Positions 50,726 through 60,990 of a stretch of DNA of 64,000 nucleotides are shown one piece after another (within the stretch, counting starts at the first letter, position 1; each line of letters opens with the position of its first letter). The position numbers were made by a program, and so were the translations under genes. The notes below the pieces were generated by a model. It was given only the letters and a program-made list of their open reading frames with translations. It had not been told where the DNA came from and did not search any database. Source of the stretch: Candidatus Promineifilaceae bacterium (lineage in GTDB: Bacteria > Chloroflexota > Anaerolineae > Promineifilales > Promineifilaceae); contig CBDCWU010000009.1 of NCBI GenBank assembly GCA_965223555.1, forward strand, positions 375,619 to 439,618, written 5' to 3'.

Positions 50726-51358
50726 CTAATCAGGGAACTGTGCCGCTGCAAACCGAATCATCTGCGTTACTTGAATGACCCCCAATTGGTCTTTAACCGA
50801 GTCAATTTTCGCCTCAATCGGTAAAATAAAACCTACTCCATCACTATCCAAACCAATATATAAATCATCAATTTCAATCTGACCTGTATTGGCAACCGTC
50901 GTGCGAAAATGTCCTTGCAGATGGTAAGTCGTCAACGACGTGAAAATATCTACCAAACGATTGTATCGAATACGAGCTAATGCTGCTTGTTCATCGGAAC
51001 TCTGATAGTTCAGAACAATTTGTGGCGTGGCATCAGGAATCGTTGTGACTTCAATGTCAGATGGCATATCAAAATAAGGAGAACGAGATAACTTACGAAA
51101 AGCATATTTGCTCTTTCCCATCCCCTCAATCGCCCAAGATCCATGCTGCAAAATAAATTTCGGCAAAGCAGATCTGCCAGAGCGATACGTATAAACAATA
51201 TCCGGTACATTTTTCGTCGAAAGCTGTAATCCCAGTTGCTGAATAGCTTGTTCAATATCTGCTTTCGTGAAAGGCAAGGTGTCAGCACCTTCTGCAAAAA
51301 CACTTTCAAAAACACGAATAATAACTTGATCGTAAACTTTCAAACCTTCTGTTTCCAA
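50726..51358 (-). CDS. Putative Type II restriction endonuclease (PD-ExK-like) partnered with the methyltransferase
   Basis: 210-aa protein with GLDSDGVGFILPIEAKI (D ... ExK) adjacent and co-oriented with the MTase. Assignment by context. Confidence 0.4.
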   Translation of the reverse strand: METEGLKVYDQVIIRVFESVFAEGADTLPFTKADIEQAIQQLGLQLSTKNVPDIVYTYRSGRSALPKFILQHGSWAIEGMGKSKYAFRKLSRSPYFDMPSDIEVTTIPDATPQIVLNYQSSDEQAALARIRYNRLVDIFTSLTTYHLQGHFRTTVANTGQIEIDDLYIGLDSDGVGFILPIEAKIDSVKDQLGVIQVTQMIRFAAAQFPD

Positions 51359-51370
51359 ACTCTATTCTCC

Positions 51371-52534
51371 TTACCCATGCCTTCGCATGAAGCGTTCTAG
51401 GCGGTTGAGGGCTTCCTCGATTTTTTCGTAGGCGGTGGCGTAGGAGGCCCGCATGAAGCCTGCGCCGCTGGCACCAAAGGCTTCGCCCGGAACCATAGCC
51501 ACTTCTTCCTCCTCTAGCAATTTCATGGCAAACTCATCGCCGCCCATGCCGGTACGAGCGATGGAGGGGAAGGCGTAGAAAGCGCCGCGTGGCTCAAAGC
51601 AGTCCAGTCCCAAGCTGTTAAAGCCATCCACAATCAGGCGGCGACGACGGTCATATTCGCCCCGCATTTGCTCCACGTAAGCATTCGCTTCGGGGGTGAA
51701 GGCGGTGATGGCGGCGGCTTGGGCGGTGGTGGGCGCGGACATGATGGTGTATTGATGCACTTTGCGCATGGCGGCCAGCAAGTTAGGATTGGCGCAGGCG
51801 AAACCTAGCCGCCAGCCCGTCATGGCGTAATCCTTGCTAAAGCCACCCAGCAAAATGGTGCGATCCCGCATTCCGGGCAGGGTGGGCACACAGATATGGT
51901 CAATGCCATACACCAAGCGATCATAAATCTCGTCGGAGATAACGACGAGATCATGTTTTTCGGCCACGACGGCGATATCGGCCATGATGGTGGGGGTCAT
52001 AACGGCCCCAGTGGGGTTGTTGGGATAGCCAATGAGCAAGGCTTTGGTTTTGGGGGTCACGGCCGCTTCAATGGTTTCGGCCGTTACTTGAAAATCATCT
52101 TCTACATAACAAGGCACAGTAACGGCTACACCGCCCGCCAGTGTCACTTCGGGGGCATAGGAGACGAAACAGGGTTCGGGAATGATCACTTCGTCGCCAG
52201 GGTCGAGAACGGCCGTACAGGCCAAATACAAGGCCTCACTACCACCCACCGTAATAATCACCTCCGTCTCGGCATCATAGTCCACACCATACAGCTTGGC
52301 TAAATTGGCCACTAACGCTTGTCGCAGCTCCTGAATACCGCTGTTCGAGGTATAGGCCGTCTCTCCGCGCCGCAAGGAGGCAATGCCAGCCTCCAAAATC
52401 GGCTTCGGTGTCACAAAATCTGGCTCGCCAATTCCCAGCGAAATGACATCCTTCATCGTGGCGGCAATGTCAAAAAACTTGCGAATCCCCGAAGGGGGAA
52501 CTTGTTGAACTCTTTGAGAAATGAAACGTTGCAT
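51371..52534 (-). CDS. PLP-dependent class I/II aminotransferase (AspC family)
   Basis: Lys-PLP region GFSKDYAMTGWRLGF. 387 aa. Confidence 0.8.
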   Translation of the reverse strand: MQRFISQRVQQVPPSGIRKFFDIAATMKDVISLGIGEPDFVTPKPILEAGIASLRRGETAYTSNSGIQELRQALVANLAKLYGVDYDAETEVIITVGGSEALYLACTAVLDPGDEVIIPEPCFVSYAPEVTLAGGVAVTVPCYVEDDFQVTAETIEAAVTPKTKALLIGYPNNPTGAVMTPTIMADIAVVAEKHDLVVISDEIYDRLVYGIDHICVPTLPGMRDRTILLGGFSKDYAMTGWRLGFACANPNLLAAMRKVHQYTIMSAPTTAQAAAITAFTPEANAYVEQMRGEYDRRRRLIVDGFNSLGLDCFEPRGAFYAFPSIARTGMGGDEFAMKLLEEEEVAMVPGEAFGASGAGFMRASYATAYEKIEEALNRLERFMRRHG

Positions 52535-52642
52535 GATGTCTCCTACTCTTTCATAATTCTATGCGGCGACTATACCGATAATTGTTTCAAGTGTAAAGTG
52601 GGCCGGCCTGCTGGCAACAGGGTGCTGTGCCTGTAAACAAGT

Positions 52643-53374
52643 TTAGAGGCTGTTATGATCTTGGTTCAGCCATGCGCCAATATCGTCCAGCCAATCAGAA
52701 TCTTGATTTGTATCGAATATTTCCCGCGCATATTGCACCAATTCGCTAGGCAAGTTGCTCAAGGCTTCTTCTCTAGTTGCCACCCAATATGACTTGGCTC
52801 CCTGCCAATCTGATTGACGCAAGCGGCGAGCTTCGTCTAGCCAATAGCGGTTGGCTGGCTGGCCAGCGATATATTGGCTAATGAGCCATAAGCGAGTGGG
52901 CTGATTGAGTAATTTGACATCACGCCAGCCTTGGGAAACGAGAACGGCCGTCTCCCCCACACCCCCCGAGGCATCATCAATCAATGTTGAATGAACCTCA
53001 TACCCTTCTACAAATGGCATGGTCACGATGGATGGATAATAGCCATAACTGGGCCGGGCATTTGAGGGTACGGTCTCCGAAAAAACATCCTCGTCAATTT
53101 GGCACACGATCTTTCCGTCCCGAAATTGTGCCTGAATGGCTGCCCCATCGTTCATGTCAAAAAGATAGGCATGAGCTGGATAACCGGGTTGGTTGTAAAA
53201 CCAGAAGTGATTTTCACGGCTAGCCACACCACCTTGTGCATAGAATAAAATGTGTAATTTGCTCACAAATAGGTCAGGTGTTTCCGTTGCCGTTGTCTGG
53301 CGATACAGAAAACCCACCTTTTGGCCTTCAATATAAAAACTCTCCCAGATTTCACCTAGCAAAACCTCTTCCAT
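52643..53374 (-). CDS. Hypothetical protein
   Basis: 243-aa ORF with no recognisable motif. Confidence 0.35.
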   Translation of the reverse strand: MEEVLLGEIWESFYIEGQKVGFLYRQTTATETPDLFVSKLHILFYAQGGVASRENHFWFYNQPGYPAHAYLFDMNDGAAIQAQFRDGKIVCQIDEDVFSETVPSNARPSYGYYPSIVTMPFVEGYEVHSTLIDDASGGVGETAVLVSQGWRDVKLLNQPTRLWLISQYIAGQPANRYWLDEARRLRQSDWQGAKSYWVATREEALSNLPSELVQYAREIFDTNQDSDWLDDIGAWLNQDHNSL

Positions 53375-53497
53375 ATAAATTCTCCGTCACCAAAGCAGGG
53401 CGAGACGGGCAAGGGACAGGTCTATCCTGCTTCACTAGTTTCTTGCGGCCCGTCCCGCCCCTACCGTTGACTGATAACCGTACACTGCTCACTGAAA

Positions 53498-55345
53498 TCA
53501 CGGCGCATCTGAAGCGCAGCGGAAACCGAGATTGGCGCGGGCCACAAGTGGGTCGAAAGAGGTGCGTGCTGTCGTAGCCACATCTTCCACATCGGACAGC
53601 CAAGAGCCACCACGTATTGTTTTGAACTGACCCTCTACGGGGCCAAGCGGATTGGTGTCGCTGATGTCCTGATAGGCACGGAAGTCGTACCAATCGTTGA
53701 CCCATTCCATCACATTGCCGCTCATGTCATAGAGGCCAATGGGGGAACGGCCGTCGCCATAGCTACCTACCGGCGCTGTATCCCGATGCCCATCATCAAA
53801 GGCGGGATCACGCTGATCGGCAGGGCAATTACTATCACAAAAATTGAGCTTGGCCCCGTCAAAAGCTTCGCCCCAAGGATAACGTAACTTCAAGGCTTGC
53901 ACAGGATCAAAACCAGCCGCTTTCTCCCACTCTGCTTCTGATGGCAGGCGAGCCTCGCGCCACTCACAAAATGTTTGAGCATCATACCAACTAACAAAAA
54001 TTACGGGATAATCGATAAAAGCTGGTGAGCCATAATAAGCATTATGGTAGGTGGCATTGGGCCGACGGGGCGGCTGGCACACACCGGCATCTACACATTG
54101 GGCATATTGGCCGTTGGTCACTTCGGTTTCATCAATGTAAAAGGGGTTGAGCCGCACCAATTGTGAGGGCTTTTCATCGTTTTCACCCTCATCATGGCCG
54201 ATGCGAAAGACGCCAGCCGGCATAAAGATCATACGTGCCCCCGTTTCGGTGATGATAGGTTCGGGGGTGGGTGTCGGTGGCTCAGTGGGAGCGGGCAGAG
54301 GTGTGGGTGTGGGGGCAATAGCTGTTAGGGCAGCGATGACGACGGATTCGACAGTGGCAGTGGTCCCAATTTCGGCTGCCTCTGGCTCGTCTTGGCTGGC
54401 AAGGCTGAAGAGGCCAATCAGTGTGAGGAGGATTATGAGAACGACCGCTAAACCCCAAATGGTGCGCTGTTCAATCTGTTTACGCCGGGTAGGTGTGAGA
54501 ACAGGTGGCGGGGCGGTGGCTGAGGGAACGGCCGTGCGTCGCAGTTCATCTGGGGGCAAAGGCACTGGATGGCCGGCAGGGCGATTGAGAGCTTGAGCAA
54601 AATCAGCCGCCGTCTCATAACGAGCGTCAGCCCGCATAGACATAGCTCGGGCCGCTACCAGCGACAGATAAGGTTCCACATCAGGGTTTACCTCTCGCGC
54701 CGGAATAAGATCAACTAGGCCGCTTTCGCGGCTGAGGGCTTGGGGCGGCACTTGGGCCGTCAACAGCGTGTAGAGCGTAGCCCCCAGACTGTAGATGTCA
54801 CTATAAGCTGACACCTCTGTCTGTGCTTGCTGTTCCGGTGCGCCATAGCCATCTGTGTGGGGGCGCACCCCCATGCCTGATAACCCGGTGTCTACGAGGA
54901 AGATTTGGGAATCGGCCGTTAGTCGTAAATTAGCAGGTTTAATATTGAGATGCAGCACACCTTGCTGGTGCAAATAGCCCAGCGGTTCACAAGCCGCTTG
55001 CAGCCAGCCAATAAGCAAATCTGAGGGTAACGCGCCATACTGATTCAGCAGACTTTGTAAATCCACACCATCCACATAATCACTGACCAAATATTGGCCG
55101 ACGCCATCCAGCGGAAAGTGGTCGCGGAAGGTTGCTAGCTGAGGATGGCTCAGTTGGGTGAGGCGGCGGGCTTCGCTACGGAAGCGTTTTTGAATCTCTG
55201 GCGAGGCATCTAGATACTCTTTGATGGCATAATGCCGCTCATCTTTGATGTCGTAGGCGCGGTAGGTGGCCCCATATGAGCCAGAGGCCATCAAGTTGAC
55301 AATACGATAGCGGTGATTGAGAAGTTCACCAGGAAGAAGAGGCAT
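53498..55345 (-). CDS. Ser/Thr protein kinase fused to C-terminal FGE-sulfatase (SUMF1/formylglycine-generating enzyme-like) domain via a Pro/Thr-rich TM linker
   Basis: Kinase subdomains (AIKEY, HLNIKPANL, DTG-like) in the N-terminal half. FGE motifs (NGQYAQC ... RGGSW ... W-rich) in the C-terminal half. Confidence 0.75.
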   Translation of the reverse strand: MPLLPGELLNHRYRIVNLMASGSYGATYRAYDIKDERHYAIKEYLDASPEIQKRFRSEARRLTQLSHPQLATFRDHFPLDGVGQYLVSDYVDGVDLQSLLNQYGALPSDLLIGWLQAACEPLGYLHQQGVLHLNIKPANLRLTADSQIFLVDTGLSGMGVRPHTDGYGAPEQQAQTEVSAYSDIYSLGATLYTLLTAQVPPQALSRESGLVDLIPAREVNPDVEPYLSLVAARAMSMRADARYETAADFAQALNRPAGHPVPLPPDELRRTAVPSATAPPPVLTPTRRKQIEQRTIWGLAVVLIILLTLIGLFSLASQDEPEAAEIGTTATVESVVIAALTAIAPTPTPLPAPTEPPTPTPEPIITETGARMIFMPAGVFRIGHDEGENDEKPSQLVRLNPFYIDETEVTNGQYAQCVDAGVCQPPRRPNATYHNAYYGSPAFIDYPVIFVSWYDAQTFCEWREARLPSEAEWEKAAGFDPVQALKLRYPWGEAFDGAKLNFCDSNCPADQRDPAFDDGHRDTAPVGSYGDGRSPIGLYDMSGNVMEWVNDWYDFRAYQDISDTNPLGPVEGQFKTIRGGSWLSDVEDVATTARTSFDPLVARANLGFRCASDAP

Positions 55346-55475
55346 GGGACGTAAAAGAGACTCCTACACGTCTCGCTTTTGTATTTTGTGGTCAGTCATA
55401 TCATACCTTTACTTGGGTTACTGATGTTTATGACTTCGTCAAGGTGCCGAAATTATAACAGATACGGCCGTTTCC

Positions 55476-57407
55476 CTACGCATCAAAACGCAGCATGACC
55501 TCTTCCAGCTTTTTAGTTGAGCCAACCATCGTTACCTTGTCACCCAAGTGTAAGCGGGTGTAGCCGTGGGAGATGATAGTGTGATGGTCGCGGCTGACGG
55601 AGAGGATGAGGACATCGAAGGGGAGTCGTAAGTCACGCAAGGTAAGTCCATGAATATCGGGGTTACGGACTTCAATATCGACCACGTCTTGGTCCCCATC
55701 CATGCCCAACAGCATAGATGCACCAATAGGTGAACGCACAAAATGTTCTAAGAGGGAGACAACGGCCGTTTGTGGTTCCACAATCAAGGCTCCTAATTCA
55801 TGGAAACGGGGTACATTTTCTCGCTCATTCAACTGAACAACAACTGTCTCTATACCAAAATATTCATATACTAGCTCGCAGATTTGGTAATTCTCATCAT
55901 CTGACAGCATCGTTACCACACTGTCTGCGTTATGTAAATCTAACTCTTGCAAAGCCTCAATTGTCCAATCTGATAGTAAATGAACGTGAATATCAACGCC
56001 ATCCAACTCTTTTTGGCGCTCGGGATTGCATGTAGCAATCTTAACCTGCCAATCATGCTGCTGTAATTGACGGGCTACTTGGGTTGAACGGGGTGTCAGA
56101 CCAAAGATTACCGCGTCACGTACCCCATCAAATTCAGCATGCTTGGCCCGAACATGGCTCTCCCCTGCCCAGCTAATACCGCGCTTGAATAGAATTGGGC
56201 CTACAATTTCATTGACAACCACAATGGAGATGATCATGGTCACAAAACCAGAATCAATTTGCGTAAATTCACTAGCGGTTTCCTCTGCCAAACCCAAAGC
56301 AACACCGGCTTGTGTGACCAAAGACATCCAGAAGAGACGGCTGCGGGCAATGGGTTCACCCGCAATCAGTCCACCAGCCGCAGAGCCGATAATAATGGCG
56401 ATCAAGCGTACCGCAAAAAGAGCCAGAGCAATGGGCCAAGTTTCCAAAAAGACAGGCAACTCTAATAAAGCACCGACTAAGGTAAAAAAGAGCACATACA
56501 CAAAGGGGCCGGCATCATGCAGCACTTTGGCGAACTCCATACGGTGCCTACTGTAATTGTTAACCAGGAAGCTGGCCATCAAGCAGACGAGGAGAGGTTC
56601 AATAAAAATTTCAAATGGCAAAACCTCATGCGTATATTCGCGCACGAAATGGAGCAAAACGAAGGTGCCATAACCCGCCATCACAATCAAAAAAGCTTTA
56701 ATAGTTTGCCCTAACTCCAAAGCGAGTATGGCGGAGATGACATGATAAAGCAGATAGCCTACAACAGCAGCAAGTGCTAATTCCAGTAACAAGAGTAAGA
56801 AAAAACTAATTTGGATGCTTTGATCGGTTAAAAGGACGTTAGCCAAGGAGGCAGTCACGGCGAAGAGGGTGATGACAACCACATCACTAACTACTGTAAC
56901 GCCTAATACGGTTTGTGTAAACGGGCCTTTGGCGCGGAGTTCGTTGACAATGGCAATGGCGGAGGATGGTGAACGGGCTGTCATAATAGCACCTGCCAAT
57001 AGTGCAACTGCTAGGCGGGTGTTGGCTGACATCTCTTGCATGAAGGGAATGTAGGCGGCAAGAAAGTAGACGGCCGTTGTAATGAGGCCAAATGTCAGCA
57101 CCACAATCCCGGCAGTTATCCAGCTAATACTGCCAAAACGACTACGGAGTTCTGGCAAATAAAGTTCACTGCCAGCCGCAAAAGCAATGAAAGCGAGCGA
57201 TAATTCCTCTAGAAAAAAGAGTCCATGCCCCATCTCGTCGGTAACAAGGTCTAGCGCAAAGGGGCCAGCTATCACACCCGTAAAAAGATACCCAGTGATA
57301 ACGGGCAGCCCCCTGCTTTTAAAAAATTTTCCTACCTGCCAGGCGGCTAAAGCCACGAGGGTAAATCGAAAAAAGTAAATGGCTAATTCTTGGTATACTT
57401 GCATCAC
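55476..57407 (-). CDS. CPA2-family cation:proton antiporter with C-terminal RCK (TrkA-N/TrkA-C) domains
   Basis: 12-13 TM Na+/H+ exchanger fold followed by an NAD-binding-like RCK and TrkA-C. 643 aa. Confidence 0.75.
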   Translation of the reverse strand: MMQVYQELAIYFFRFTLVALAAWQVGKFFKSRGLPVITGYLFTGVIAGPFALDLVTDEMGHGLFFLEELSLAFIAFAAGSELYLPELRSRFGSISWITAGIVVLTFGLITTAVYFLAAYIPFMQEMSANTRLAVALLAGAIMTARSPSSAIAIVNELRAKGPFTQTVLGVTVVSDVVVITLFAVTASLANVLLTDQSIQISFFLLLLLELALAAVVGYLLYHVISAILALELGQTIKAFLIVMAGYGTFVLLHFVREYTHEVLPFEIFIEPLLVCLMASFLVNNYSRHRMEFAKVLHDAGPFVYVLFFTLVGALLELPVFLETWPIALALFAVRLIAIIIGSAAGGLIAGEPIARSRLFWMSLVTQAGVALGLAEETASEFTQIDSGFVTMIISIVVVNEIVGPILFKRGISWAGESHVRAKHAEFDGVRDAVIFGLTPRSTQVARQLQQHDWQVKIATCNPERQKELDGVDIHVHLLSDWTIEALQELDLHNADSVVTMLSDDENYQICELVYEYFGIETVVVQLNERENVPRFHELGALIVEPQTAVVSLLEHFVRSPIGASMLLGMDGDQDVVDIEVRNPDIHGLTLRDLRLPFDVLILSVSRDHHTIISHGYTRLHLGDKVTMVGSTKKLEEVMLRFDA

Positions 57408-57492
57408 GTTCCTTCAAAAAAAAATTCTAAAAAATAGAAGATCTTATAATTATTTTCGGTCTATACAGTCCATCAATCCTTCGCGTATTTTA

Positions 57493-59418
57493 TTAGGCAG
57501 CAAGTCGTAGCATAACCTCTTCCAGCTTTTCTTCAGAGCCAACGATGGTCACTTTGTCACCCAAGCGCAGACGGGTGTAACCATGGGAGATAAAAGTGCG
57601 ATGACCTCGGCTAACAGACAGGATCAATACATCGAGTGGTAGACGTAGGTCGCGCAGAGTCAGGCCATCAAGCTCAGGGTTGCGGACTTCGATGTCTATG
57701 ACATCCTGGATGCCCTCTGTGCCCAAGAGCAGCGATGCTCCAACAGGCGAACGCACAAAATGTTCTAGAAGTGAGACAACGGCCGTTTGTGGCTCAACAA
57801 TTAATGCGCCCAGTTCATGGAACCGAGAGGCATTCCCCCGCTCATTCAACTGAACAACCATGGTTTCAATGCCAAAATGTTCATACACCATTTCACAAAG
57901 TTGGTAATTCTCCTCATCAGATAGCAAGGTAACGATACTATCTGCATTAGTTATATTTAGTTGACGTAGTGTTGCTTTAGTCCAATCTGCTACTAAATGG
58001 ACTTGAATGTCGCTTTCATCTAACTCCTCCTTACGTGTTTCACTGCGTGTGGCAATCACTACTTGCCAACTATGTTGTTGCAGTTGGTGAGCCAGCTGTA
58101 CTGACTGGCGCGTTAAGCCAAAGATGATGACATCGCGGACACCATCGAAGGCAGGGGCCTCAGCACGGGTATGTGATTCACCAATGCGATTAATAGCCCA
58201 TTTCAACAACGGCGGGCCTACAATTTGGTTAAGGACTATGACCCCAATAGAAAGCGTTGCTAATTCTGCACCCCAAGTATGGAATTCTACGCCAATTTCC
58301 TTAGCTAGACCTACACTTACACCTGCTTGGGTGATAAAACCAAAACCAAGTAAAGCATTACCAACACTTCGATCTCGTGCTGCCATGCTCCCAGCAAAAC
58401 TACCAATAAAAATGCCCACTAGACGGACTGTAAAGAGGATAAGAATAATGCCCCAGGCTTGACCAATCACGTCAAGCTCTAACTCAATGCCTACCAATGT
58501 AAAGAAAACAAGAAATACGAGTGGCGACATCTCTTCAATAGTGTGTTGAAAATCTGAGGCAAGGCGCGAGTAATTGGTCACATAAAACCCTGCCGTCATA
58601 CAAATCAAGAGTGGCTCAGAGAAAAGACCAACTGGAAGAGAGAAGAGGTGAAAATCATGCAACTCAACCGAAAGCACAAAAACGCCTAGCCCAATTAGCA
58701 GAATCAAACTACTTCTGAGCAATGGGACAGGAAGGCTCGTAATCGCTTGAAGTAGCAGACCAATAAGAATACCTAATACAATATCGAGGAAAATCTCAAA
58801 AATAACAAGGGCCAGAAGACCGATATTGAATGTGGCTCCTTCTACAAGCACGGCCGCAACGGAAACGGAGGCAGCAAAGATGATAATAACAACAGCATCT
58901 TTTAGAACAGTGGCTCCTAATACTTTATGCGTAAATGGGCCGCGTGCGCGCAACTCTTTGATAATTGCCAAAGCTGATGAAGGGGAACGTGCAATCATAA
59001 TCGTTGTGCCTAGCAAGGCAATCGCCAAAATCTCTCTTTGGGGCAAGGCGACCATGAAGGGTACCATATCCTTGATTGAGAGGAAGGTTATGATACCGAT
59101 AGTAAATACAGCTATAACCTGCCCACTAATGATAGAGATGATGCTACGAAAATAGCCTCGAATGACTTGTAACTCAAGCTCTGCGCCAGCAGCAAAGGCA
59201 ATAAAGGCCAACGCCATTTCGTCGAGTAAGAGAAATTGAGGAATGTTTTGCTCATGAATGAAATCAAGTACAAAGGGACCTGTGAGAATGCCAATGAATA
59301 AAAAACCGCTGATAAGGGGTAATTTGAAGCGAACAAAAATATCACCCATCTGTCGGGCAGCCATAACTAGGACAGCGAGGCCTATGAAAACAGGGGCAAT
59401 TGCTAGAAAGTTATCCAT
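57493..59418 (-). CDS. CPA2-family cation:proton antiporter, tandem paralog
   Basis: Same architecture. C-terminal ~120 aa about 80% identical to the neighbour; TM region much more divergent. Confidence 0.75.
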   Translation of the reverse strand: MDNFLAIAPVFIGLAVLVMAARQMGDIFVRFKLPLISGFLFIGILTGPFVLDFIHEQNIPQFLLLDEMALAFIAFAAGAELELQVIRGYFRSIISIISGQVIAVFTIGIITFLSIKDMVPFMVALPQREILAIALLGTTIMIARSPSSALAIIKELRARGPFTHKVLGATVLKDAVVIIIFAASVSVAAVLVEGATFNIGLLALVIFEIFLDIVLGILIGLLLQAITSLPVPLLRSSLILLIGLGVFVLSVELHDFHLFSLPVGLFSEPLLICMTAGFYVTNYSRLASDFQHTIEEMSPLVFLVFFTLVGIELELDVIGQAWGIILILFTVRLVGIFIGSFAGSMAARDRSVGNALLGFGFITQAGVSVGLAKEIGVEFHTWGAELATLSIGVIVLNQIVGPPLLKWAINRIGESHTRAEAPAFDGVRDVIIFGLTRQSVQLAHQLQQHSWQVVIATRSETRKEELDESDIQVHLVADWTKATLRQLNITNADSIVTLLSDEENYQLCEMVYEHFGIETMVVQLNERGNASRFHELGALIVEPQTAVVSLLEHFVRSPVGASLLLGTEGIQDVIDIEVRNPELDGLTLRDLRLPLDVLILSVSRGHRTFISHGYTRLRLGDKVTIVGSEEKLEEVMLRLAA

Positions 59419-59486
59419 TTGATCCTTAAGTCGTATGACGAAGAAGCAATCTCATGATGCTTTTTGCCAGCACCAGCATTGCTTGT

Positions 59487-60041
59487 CTATTCGCGTTTAT
59501 CTATCCGTTCAAAGCGGTGCAACTGGGCCCCCTTATTGGCACCCATCATTTCTGCCTCTACCACAGATGCGGCTTGGGCTGCTTCGGCAAATTCGGCCAG
59601 CATAGCATAGTCGCTGGGAATAATCGCGTTTTGGTCGTTTAGTGTATCGATATCCATGCGGCTGAACCAGGCTACGCTACCTTCATCTTGTTCGCGAGCT
59701 TGGCCCCAAACGGCCGTTACCTCACACACAAAAAGCAAAAAATGGGCCGCTGTGCCATCATCGATCAAGCGCTCGCTAACGAGGCCGCGTAAGGCAATAA
59801 ATTGGGATTCCAGGCTAGTTTCCTCGTTCACTTCACGGGTAACGGCCGTGGCCAACTCTTCTCCAAAATCCCACTTGCCCCCCACCAAGGCCCACATCCC
59901 CTTGTAAGGATCACTATTGCGCTGAATCAATAAATATTCTGCATCTCGCCGAATAATAGCCACGACGATGGGCGCAGGGAGTTGTTGTTCTCGCCACCGT
60001 TGAGCCAAGGGCAAGGTATGTAAATCAGAAAATAACATCAT
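59487..60041 (-). CDS. NUDIX hydrolase
   Basis: Nudix box GKWDFGEELATAVTREVNEETSLE. Confidence 0.75.
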   Translation of the reverse strand: MMLFSDLHTLPLAQRWREQQLPAPIVVAIIRRDAEYLLIQRNSDPYKGMWALVGGKWDFGEELATAVTREVNEETSLESQFIALRGLVSERLIDDGTAAHFLLFVCEVTAVWGQAREQDEGSVAWFSRMDIDTLNDQNAIIPSDYAMLAEFAEAAQAASVVEAEMMGANKGAQLHRFERIDKRE

Positions 60042-60106
60042 TTGAGTTTAGCGGATGTTATAATGGATGGCGAGAGACAAATCGCTTGTTTACCAATTGA
60101 TAACAT

Positions 60107-60979
60107 ATGATGCGTAAAAAAAATAACCTACAAGATGCGTTATGGCAAATTTATCGGCGACCCGATGTGCCTCAGCCTTGGTCAAAACATGATGGCAATC
60201 TACCTTGGGATAAGCCTGGGTTTTCGGCGCGGATGCTGCGAGAGCATCTGGATGAAGGGCATGGCGCAGCCTCGCGGCCAGCGGCCGAACGCAAGGCACA
60301 AATTGATTGGCTCTGGCACAAATTACACCTACAACCAGGTCATGCCTTGTTGGACATGACCTGTGGGCCAGGTTTGTATGCAGTAGCTCTGGCACACCGA
60401 GAGGTGGTGGTAACCGGCGTGGACTTTGGCCCGGCCGCCATTGTCTATGCACGGCAATTGGCGGAGAAGGAGGGGATCAACAGCCATTGTCGCTTTATCC
60501 AACAAGACATCCGCCATATGTCCCTAGAGGACGAACGTTTTGATGCTGCTCTGCTACTCTACGGTCAATTAGCCGTTTTTCGCCGCCAAGAGGCACAGGC
60601 CATCTTGGCCAACATCCGACGATGCTTAAAGTCAGGCGGTAAACTGTGTGTGGAACTGCTGCATCCAGACAAAGTAGACCGCAGCCCCAGCCAGTGGTGG
60701 TTTACGGATGATACAGGTTTATGGGGGGGTACACCCTTTTTGCATTTGGGTGAACGCTTTTGGCTGGCAGAGGAAGTTGTTTCAGTGGAGCGGTATTATG
60801 TGCTGGAGATTGAGACGGGGCAGTTGACCCATGTTGAATTGTGTGACCAAATGTATCAACCTGATGAGATGGTGAAAATGATGCAGGCGGCGGGGTTTAC
60901 GGCCATTGCCATCTATGAAGGTTGGGATGGCTTGCCGCTGTATGATGCAGCCGAGTGGGTGGTGTATGTAGCTAGTTAG
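60107..60979 (+). CDS. Class I SAM-dependent methyltransferase
   Basis: Motif I LLDMTCGPGLYAVALA and motif II VVTGVDFGP. Confidence 0.7.
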   Translation: MMRKKNNLQDALWQIYRRPDVPQPWSKHDGNLPWDKPGFSARMLREHLDEGHGAASRPAAERKAQIDWLWHKLHLQPGHALLDMTCGPGLYAVALAHREVVVTGVDFGPAAIVYARQLAEKEGINSHCRFIQQDIRHMSLEDERFDAALLLYGQLAVFRRQEAQAILANIRRCLKSGGKLCVELLHPDKVDRSPSQWWFTDDTGLWGGTPFLHLGERFWLAEEVVSVERYYVLEIETGQLTHVELCDQMYQPDEMVKMMQAAGFTAIAIYEGWDGLPLYDAAEWVVYVAS

Positions 60980-60990
60980 CAACGAGCAGT

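Noticed and set aside
53352-53705. 117-aa ORF overlapping the 3' end of the kinase-FGE gene and the 5' end of the neighbouring gene
   Set aside because: Arg/Cys/Pro-rich out-of-frame translation with no independent start signals.
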